Origin: Oscillospiraceae bacterium
GTDB lineage: Bacteria > Bacillota > Clostridia > Oscillospirales > Oscillospiraceae
Reading direction: 5' to 3'
NCBI GenBank assembly: GCA_020025655.1
Contig: JAHHRR010000001.1
Coordinates: 4,951 to 68,950 of the forward strand
Length of the DNA: 64,000 nucleotides
Shown: one piece after another, positions 56,601 through 63,221 of the stretch
Layout of the letters: each line of letters begins with the position of its first letter
Numbering within the stretch: position 1 is the stretch's first letter
Program-made: the position numbers and the translations under genes
The notes under the pieces: generated by a model
Seen by the model: the letters and a program-made list of their open reading frames with translations, nothing else
The model's database searches: none
Told to the model about the DNA's origin: nothing

Positions 56601-57639
56601 TTACGCAGAGGCTTCTGCCCTCGGCGGGTATTCCGCCGCTCAGCTCCATTCTGGGAACATATCCCGGTTTTACAATATGAAGCAGAATAAAGTCCGTAAT
56701 ACTTTTTAACATCTCTGATATGGGCAGGATTAAAAGAAATGCAGCAGCGGTGCTTTTGAAATAGAAGGCAGGGAGAAGCGACAGAATTATGCTGCCTGCA
56801 ACGTTAAACAAAATATATGCAGCGGCTCTAAGGCGTGAAGGCTCAGGGAAAAGGTAAAAACCGATATGACGGTTTTCCTTTGCAGCCTTTTCGATAAGCT
56901 TTTTGGCATAAATATATTCTTCTTCGCCCTCTGCATGAGCCAGCTTTTCTATCCGGCTCATATAGTTATACTTTGTATCAGCGTCCATATGAGCGTATTC
57001 ACCGGTGGGGTCATCTGATAGAATCTCATTGACCTTATTGCAGGAAGTGAGAATTTCATCCCAGTCAAGCAGGGCTATAAGGCGCAGGCTTGTAAAGAGA
57101 GCCTCCATGCGTTTTGCCGAGCTGTCGGGGTCGTCTGAATACTGCATATCACGGCAGACGTTAGCTACCGAAGATATTATTTCGGCCTTTAAAATTTCGG
57201 GGAAAATCCTCAGCTCGGATAAATTCAGAACACATATGGTCTGAAAGCCGTTGAGAAAAAGCCTGCATCGCTCCGCTGTAACGGCTCCCTGACCTGAATC
57301 TATAAGAGAGCGGCAAAGACGGGATACAAGATAAGAATCACCGGAACGGCGAAGCTTTCCCGTATTTATAAAAGCCCGCCTGCTGCTGACGGCTTCACGT
57401 CTGAGCATATAGAAATTATCAAGCAGCCATTCCCACGCAGCAGGCGGTGTAAGCAGCTTGCCGGCCTTTATGTTGAGGGTATCATGTACGGACTTGATTT
57501 CCCTCATGTGCTTTTTGAGCTTTTTAAGTCCCTGAGAGGTGCTTTGCTCTCTGCCGGGCTTTAAAAGTCTGGCGGTAGAAGCGGCAAAATTAAAAAGCCT
57601 GTCATTTTCAATGTACAGACAATAGTTGCTGAATTCCAT
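50644..57639 (-). CDS. Cyclic beta-1,2-glucan synthase-like giant: GT84-type membrane glycosyltransferase, (alpha/alpha)6 glucan domain and GH94 phosphorylase domain
   Basis: 2331 aa. ITLDSDT and RQHRWTRGD (QxxRW) motifs are flanked by TM clusters. [10 protein letters not shown] marks an (alpha/alpha)6-type region. The C-terminal [24 protein letters not shown] and [10 protein letters not shown] are GH94 (cellobiose/chitobiose phosphorylase family) signatures. Confidence 0.8.
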   Translation of the reverse strand: [2331 protein letters not shown]

Positions 57640-57769
57640 TTTATCCTCCTGACTGCCGTGTAAAAGCGGACAGTTTATGCTTTAATTTACATTTTCCCCA
57701 AAGACAGCCAATAATATTCCTGCGGCTGCCGAAGCGGAAAAAGAAAAATATGCTGACAAGAAAAAATAC

Positions 57770-57798
57770 TTGACAGCATGAAAAAGCTGGTATATACT
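57770..57798 (+). promoter_or_regulatory. Sigma-A-type promoter of the ylxM-ffh operon
   Basis: TTGACA (57770-57775), a 17-nt spacer, then TATACT (57793-57798). Confidence 0.65.
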
Positions 57799-57833
57799 CT
57801 GTTAAGCTAAAACACTTGACAGGAGGCCTCGCT

Positions 57834-58190
57834 GTGAACGAAGGCAGACTTATGCAAAGTATGCTTCTGGATTTCTACGGTGAACTCCTGACTGAAAAAC
57901 AGAGAGAATGCTTTGACCTGCATTATAACGAAGATTTGTCACTTTCAGAAATTGCCCAGCAGAGCGGGATTTCCCGACAGGGCGTATGGGACAATATCCG
58001 GAGGGCTGAGGAGTCGCTCAGGGATATAGAAGGAAAAACAGGTCTTGTGTCCAGATTTATGGAGACAAAAAAGGCTCTCGAGAAGCTCAGCAGCCAGCTG
58101 GGCAGGATAGAAGAATTAAGCACCGGTGAGGCAGAAGAACTTGCCTTGCAGGCGAAGGCAGAGATTGAAGCTCTTTTGAGCAGAGGTTAA
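57834..58190 (+). CDS. ylxM: YlxM/p13-like putative DNA-binding protein (UPF0122)
   Basis: LLDFYGELLTEKQRECFDLHYNEDLSLSEIAQQSGISRQGVWDNIRRAE is canonical YlxM. The GTG at 57834 has AGGAGG 7 nt upstream; the track TTG at 57816 precedes the ribosome-binding site. Confidence 0.85.
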   Translation: MNEGRLMQSMLLDFYGELLTEKQRECFDLHYNEDLSLSEIAQQSGISRQGVWDNIRRAEESLRDIEGKTGLVSRFMETKKALEKLSSQLGRIEELSTGEAEELALQAKAEIEALLSRG

Positions 58191-58191
58191 T

Positions 58192-59571
58192 ATGGCATTT
58201 GAAAGCTTATCCGACAAACTGAATAAAGCCTTTAAAAAACTCCGTGGAAAAGGCAGACTTACTCAGGCAGATATTAAAGAGGCAATGCGCGAGGTGCGTA
58301 TGGCTCTGCTTGAAGCGGACGTAAGCTATAAAGTAGTTAAGCAGTTTACAAAGACAGTTACTGAGAAGGCAAGCGGAGCAGAAGTTCTGGAAGCTCTGTC
58401 TCCGGCTCAGATGGTTATAAAGATAGTTGATCAGGAGCTCTGCGCTCTTATGGGCGGAGAGAATACAAAGCTCAACATAAGCTCCAAGTCCCCCAGCGTT
58501 GTTATGCTGGTAGGTCTTCAGGGTGCTGGTAAGACTACAAACGGCGCAAAGCTCGCCGGCTACATGAAAAAGCAGGGCAAACGCCCGCTGCTTGCAGCCT
58601 GTGATATTTACCGCCCCGCTGCTATCAAGCAGCTGGAAACTGTCGGCGCACAGCTGGATATCCCTGTTTTCCAGATGGGACAGACAGATCCTGTGGATAT
58701 TGCAAAGGCAGCTGTTGAGCACGCTAAAAAGCACGGAAACGATCTGGTATTTCTTGATACCGCCGGTCGTCTTCATATAGATTCTGAGCTTATGGATGAG
58801 CTCAAGAACATTAAGGCCGCTGTTGAACCGGCTGAAATCCTTCTGGTTGTTGATGCAATGACCGGTCAGGATGCAGTTAATGCCGCAAGTGCCTTTGATG
58901 AGGCTCTGGACGTTACAGGCGTTATGCTCTCCAAGCTTGACGGTGACGCCCGAGGCGGTGCTGCTCTTTCAATCAGAGCAACAACAGGAAAGCCCATTAA
59001 GTTTATCGGCGTAGGCGAAAAGCTCGACATGATAGAGCCTTTCCACCCCGACCGTATGGCATCAAGAATCCTCGGCATGGGCGATGTTCTGACTCTTATT
59101 GAAAAGGCAGAGCAGAGCTTCGATGAGAAGAAGGCTCTTGAAACCGCCGAGAGACTGAAAGCCAACAAATTCACTCTGGACGATTATCTGGACCAGATGG
59201 CACAGATTCGCAACATGGGTGATCTGGGTGATATTGCGGGAATGATCCCCGGCATGAATGCCGCAGCACTTCAGGGTGCAAAGATGGATGAAAAGGCTCT
59301 TGCAAGACAGGAGGCAATCATCCTTTCCATGACCAAGAAGGAAAGAGACAACCCCGGAATCCTCAACTCCAGCAGAAAAAAACGCATTGCCGCCGGTTCC
59401 GGAACATCCGTTGTGGATGTTAACAGACTTATAAAACAGTTTGAGACAATGCAGCAGATGGTAAAGCAGCTTACCGGCAAAAATGCAAAGAAGCTGCAGA
59501 AGAAGATGGGCCGTATGGGCGGCGGATTCCCCGGCATGGGCGGAGGTTTCCCCGGCGGCTTCGGCTTCTGA
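58192..59571 (+). CDS. ffh: Signal recognition particle protein Ffh
   Basis: 459 aa with GLQGAGKTT, DTAGR, and a Met-rich M domain ending in a GGGFPG tail. Confidence 0.97.
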   Translation: MAFESLSDKLNKAFKKLRGKGRLTQADIKEAMREVRMALLEADVSYKVVKQFTKTVTEKASGAEVLEALSPAQMVIKIVDQELCALMGGENTKLNISSKSPSVVMLVGLQGAGKTTNGAKLAGYMKKQGKRPLLAACDIYRPAAIKQLETVGAQLDIPVFQMGQTDPVDIAKAAVEHAKKHGNDLVFLDTAGRLHIDSELMDELKNIKAAVEPAEILLVVDAMTGQDAVNAASAFDEALDVTGVMLSKLDGDARGGAALSIRATTGKPIKFIGVGEKLDMIEPFHPDRMASRILGMGDVLTLIEKAEQSFDEKKALETAERLKANKFTLDDYLDQMAQIRNMGDLGDIAGMIPGMNAAALQGAKMDEKALARQEAIILSMTKKERDNPGILNSSRKKRIAAGSGTSVVDVNRLIKQFETMQQMVKQLTGKNAKKLQKKMGRMGGGFPGMGGGFPGGFGF

Positions 59572-59638
59572 GATTAGGTTTACAACTGCCGAAAGGCGTT
59601 TGTAATATATTTAAAAAATACACGGAGGTGAAAATAAA

Positions 59639-59875
59639 ATGGTTAAAATCAGACTTCGCAGAATGGGTGCTAAGAAGGCTCCTTACTACCGTATTGTTGT
59701 TGCTGACTCTCGTTTCCCTCATGACGGTCGTTTCATCGAGGAGATCGGTACTTACGATCCCAACAACGACAGCAATAAGCTGACTGTTGATGTTGAGCGC
59801 GCTAACTACTGGATCGGCAAGGGTGCACAGCCTACTGAGACCGTTCGCAGCCTGCTTAAGAAGGCACAGGCCTAA
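59639..59875 (+). CDS. rpsP: 30S ribosomal protein S16
   Basis: [25 protein letters not shown] is canonical bS16. Confidence 0.97.
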   Translation: MVKIRLRRMGAKKAPYYRIVVADSRFPHDGRFIEEIGTYDPNNDSNKLTVDVERANYWIGKGAQPTETVRSLLKKAQA

Positions 59876-59893
59876 TAAGGAGTTTCTACCGGC

Positions 59894-60124
59894 ATGAAAG
59901 AACTTTTGACCTACATTGTACAGAACCTTGTGGACAACCCTGACGAGGTTTCTGTGACCGAGCACAAGGCTGACGGCGAGACCGTATTTGAGGTTCGTGT
60001 TGCCGACGGCGATATGGGCAAGGTCATCGGCCGGCAGGGCAGGATCGTAAAACAGATCCGTATACTCATGCGGGCCGTTGCCCAGAAAAAGGGCAAAAAG
60101 GTTTCAGTTGAGATTCTGGACTGA
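59894..60124 (+). CDS. KH domain RNA-binding protein (YlqC-like)
   Basis: 76 aa. GKVIGRQGRIVKQIR carries the KH GxxG motif, and the gene sits in the conserved position after rpsP. Confidence 0.9.
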   Translation: MKELLTYIVQNLVDNPDEVSVTEHKADGETVFEVRVADGDMGKVIGRQGRIVKQIRILMRAVAQKKGKKVSVEILD

Positions 60125-60137
60125 GATTATATGAATG

Positions 60138-60166
60138 AAACAGAGGCGTAAACCTCTGTTTTTTTC
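60138..60166 (+). terminator. Rho-independent terminator after the KH protein gene
   Basis: AAACAGAGG-CGTAAA-CCTCTGTTT followed by TTTTT. Confidence 0.85.
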
Positions 60167-60266
60167 ATTTTTGAAAACAATTTACAATAATTGTTGTACA
60201 CCTCGATGTTATATAGTATAATTACCCTGCGGATGAAGCCTGTAAATAATATCATGGAGGTTCAAT

Positions 60267-61124
60267 ATGAAAAAGTTCAGAAAAGCTGTAGCTCTGCTGA
60301 TGATACTTGTTATGGCACTTAGCCTGTGCGGCTGCAGCAGCTTCGAGACAAAAATGCTTAAAGGCGTAAAGAAGCTTCAGGAGCTTCAAAGCCTGCACAT
60401 GGATGCAACAGTAGACATCGGCATGACTATGAATGTTCTTCAGCAGGATCTGGATATGGATATGCTGATGAATGCATCATCAGATATTCAGACCGAACCG
60501 TTCAAAATGAACACCGAAATCGACACCAATATGATGGGTGTTGAGGGCAAAGTATACAGCTTCATCGAAAAATGCGGTGATGAATATTGCGTGTACAGTT
60601 CTCTTGACGGTGATAACTGGGATAAGGACAGCATGGATGCAGATGATGCACCTGAAGATATTGAAGTTCTGGGAATGTTTGCCGTGCTTGCAAAATATGC
60701 CTCTAGCTTTGAAAAAGCAGGGGAGGAGCAGGTGAATGATTACAATACTGTCAGATACGACGGCAATATTACAAGCGACGATATCGCCGGACTTATCGAA
60801 CTTGCAGGCGGCTCTGCTGCGCTGAGTGAAGTTGCAGGGGATGAAGTCGACGTGGATAGGATACTGGCTGCACTTGAAGGCCCGTTTACTATTCCTGCTT
60901 CAATCTGGTTTGACAAGGAAACCGGAATTGCAATAAAGTATCGGGTCGATGTGACAGAAATGATGTCCGGAATCATGCTCGAGGTTATGGAAGAAGCCAT
61001 GGAAGAAATGGGACCGGAGCTTCCTAATGTGGGACTTGAATTTACTGTTAATAAAACAGTGGTAGAGGTTACCTTGTCTCAGCTTGATGAGCTGGGTGAA
61101 ATCACCGTCCCTGAAATAAATTAA
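60267..61124 (+). CDS. Putative lipoprotein of unknown function
   Basis: 285 aa. It has a signal peptide with a lipobox-like LSLCGC, and the mature part is acidic and Met/Asp-rich. Confidence 0.68.
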   Translation: MKKFRKAVALLMILVMALSLCGCSSFETKMLKGVKKLQELQSLHMDATVDIGMTMNVLQQDLDMDMLMNASSDIQTEPFKMNTEIDTNMMGVEGKVYSFIEKCGDEYCVYSSLDGDNWDKDSMDADDAPEDIEVLGMFAVLAKYASSFEKAGEEQVNDYNTVRYDGNITSDDIAGLIELAGGSAALSEVAGDEVDVDRILAALEGPFTIPASIWFDKETGIAIKYRVDVTEMMSGIMLEVMEEAMEEMGPELPNVGLEFTVNKTVVEVTLSQLDELGEITVPEIN

Positions 61125-61134
61125 AACGAAAAAT

Positions 61135-61164
61135 AAAAGGTACGTCATTGACGTACCTTTTTTG
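61135..61164 (+). terminator. Rho-independent terminator after the lipoprotein gene
   Basis: AAGGTACGTCA-T-TGACGTACCTT followed by TTTT. Confidence 0.8.
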
Positions 61165-61247
61165 CATAAACGGGTTCTCAGCCCTTGTTAAAATGTCAAA
61201 AATATGATAAAATATCAAAATTCTGAATGATATATCCGGAGGAATAC

Positions 61248-61736
61248 ATGGATAAAAAAGATTACATCGAAGCCGGTAAAATCGTTAACACTCACGGAGT
61301 TGCCGGAGAAGTTAAAATAGAAGTATGGCTCAACAGCCCCAAGTTTATGAAAAAGTTCAAAAGACTTTTCGTCGGTGAAAAGGAATTTGAAATCGAAGGC
61401 GCAAGAGAGCATAAGGGCTTTCTTATCACAAAGCTCGGCGGTATTGATGATATAAATGCCGCTATGCCCTTTAAGGGCAAAGAGGTCAGAGTTCTGAAAA
61501 GTGACGTTAAGCTTCCTGCCGGCAAGTTCTTCCTGCAGGATATTATCGGTGCCGAAGTCAGAGATGAGGACGGAAACAAAATCGGCGTTTTGAGCGAGAT
61601 AATGGAAACCCCTGCATCTATGATATATGTGGTAAAGGGCGAGAGCGAACATCTTATTCCCGCTGTACCGGAGTTTATTGTATCAACTGATGTGGATGCA
61701 GGAGTAGTTGTAGTAAAACTGATTGAAGGAATGTAA
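61248..61736 (+). CDS. rimM: 16S rRNA processing protein RimM
   Basis: MDKKDYIEAGKIVNTHGVAGEVKIE is the canonical RimM N-terminus, and a PRC-barrel C-terminus follows. GGAGG lies 5 nt upstream of the ATG at 61248; the track start at 61227 is rejected. Confidence 0.9.
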   Translation: MDKKDYIEAGKIVNTHGVAGEVKIEVWLNSPKFMKKFKRLFVGEKEFEIEGAREHKGFLITKLGGIDDINAAMPFKGKEVRVLKSDVKLPAGKFFLQDIIGAEVRDEDGNKIGVLSEIMETPASMIYVVKGESEHLIPAVPEFIVSTDVDAGVVVVKLIEGM

Positions 61737-61740
61737 TTGG

Positions 61741-63042
61741 ATGAGAATTGATATAATGACCCTTTTTCCCGATGTGGTAAATTCCTTTATGCACGAAAGC
61801 ATCATCGGAAGAGCAGCGAAAAAGGGCATAATCGAAATAAACTGTGTACAGATAAGAGATTATACCGAGAATAAGCAGATGCAGGTGGATGATTACCCGT
61901 ACGGAGGCGGATGGGGCTGCGTAATGATGGCACAGCCGCTTAAATCCTGTCTTGATGATATTATGGAGTCTGCAAAGGGTAAGCGCAGCCGGGTTATTTA
62001 TATGTCCCCTCAGGGCAAGCCCTACAATCAGGAAACCGCAAAAAGGCTTAAACGTGACTATGATCATCTCGTGCTTGTCTGCGGCCACTATGAGGGCGTT
62101 GATGAACGCTTTATCGAGCAATGTGTAGATGAGGAAATCTCCCTTGGCGATTTTGTGCTGACAGGCGGAGAAATTGCCGCTATGGCTGTGGCGGATTCCG
62201 TGTGCCGTATGGTACCGGGAGTTTTGTCGGATGAGCAGTGCTACACAGGTGAGAGCCATTGGGACGGCCTGCTTGAATATCCCCAGTACACAAGGCCTGA
62301 AAACTGGGAGGGACGAAAGGTTCCTGAAATCCTTCTCAACGGCGATCATGCAAAGGTTGAACGCTGGCGCAGAAAACAGCAGATAAAACGCACAATGGAA
62401 AAGCGCCCCGATATGTTTGAAAAGCTGGATTTTGAGGATAAGGAAAATAAAGAGCTTCTCAATGAGATTAAACGAGAGGAAAAAGCATTTAAGCTGACCG
62501 AGCCCTTATCATACAGAAAAGCAGAGCCTGATGATCTGCCGCAGATAATGGAAATGGTTGAATATGCAAGAAAGACCCTCAGAAAGATGAAAGCTGACCA
62601 GTGGCAGGGTGAATATCCGGCAGAGTCTGACATTATGAGGGACATTGAAAACCGTGAATGCTATGTTATTCTGCACGGCAGCGAAAAAGCCGCATTCTTC
62701 ATGCTTTCACAAAGACCTGATCCGTGCTATGAAAATATCACGGACGGAAAGTGGTCATCCGATATGCCCTATTGCGTGCTGCACAGGGCGGCAGTTGCAC
62801 AGAAATACAGGGGCAGCGGCCTGTCATCATATCTCATTGAATGTGCAGAGGAACTGACACGCCTTGCAGGATGCCGCTGTCTTAGAGCTGATACACACAG
62901 AAAAAACAAGCCTATGAAGTCTCTGCTCAGAGACAAGGCGTTCAGATACAGAGGTAATGTTGAGGTTAATACCTCTCCGGGGCATGACAGTGCCCGTCAG
63001 GCATATGAGAAAATTTTGAAGAAAGCAGGAGGAGAAAAATGA
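61741..63042 (+). CDS. trmD: tRNA (guanine37-N1)-methyltransferase TrmD fused to a C-terminal GNAT acetyltransferase domain
   Basis: MRIDIMTLFPD...DYPYGGGWGCVM...GHYEGVDERF...LTGGEIAAMAV is TrmD (about 240 aa). After a Lys/Glu linker, a GNAT domain follows (CVLHRAAVAQKYRGSGLSSYLIECAEE, the R/Q-x-x-G-x-G/A motif). The frame is continuous in the given sequence. Confidence 0.88.
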   Translation: MRIDIMTLFPDVVNSFMHESIIGRAAKKGIIEINCVQIRDYTENKQMQVDDYPYGGGWGCVMMAQPLKSCLDDIMESAKGKRSRVIYMSPQGKPYNQETAKRLKRDYDHLVLVCGHYEGVDERFIEQCVDEEISLGDFVLTGGEIAAMAVADSVCRMVPGVLSDEQCYTGESHWDGLLEYPQYTRPENWEGRKVPEILLNGDHAKVERWRRKQQIKRTMEKRPDMFEKLDFEDKENKELLNEIKREEKAFKLTEPLSYRKAEPDDLPQIMEMVEYARKTLRKMKADQWQGEYPAESDIMRDIENRECYVILHGSEKAAFFMLSQRPDPCYENITDGKWSSDMPYCVLHRAAVAQKYRGSGLSSYLIECAEELTRLAGCRCLRADTHRKNKPMKSLLRDKAFRYRGNVEVNTSPGHDSARQAYEKILKKAGGEK

Positions 63043-63218
63043 ACAATCAAGGCAATCAGAACTATTTGAGAAGCGCCATAATCTGGACTGTTATTTCAGT
63101 TATAGCCCTCGTGCTTCTGTTTATGGCTACCGGCCCCCTCTATGGTAAGATCTGCGGAATGATACTTGTAGGCTTCTGCCTTGCAGGTCAGTGGATAAGA
63201 TATATAAAGAGTAAATAA
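63039..63218 (+). CDS. Small (59-aa) two-TM membrane protein, hypothetical
   Basis: My translation is MNNQGNQNYLRSAIIWTVISVIALVLLFMATGPLYGKICGMILVGFCLAGQWIRYIKSK. Its ATG overlaps the trmD stop (ATGA). It is below the ORF-track length cutoff. Confidence 0.45.
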   Translation: MNNQGNQNYLRSAIIWTVISVIALVLLFMATGPLYGKICGMILVGFCLAGQWIRYIKSK

Positions 63219-63221
63219 AGT

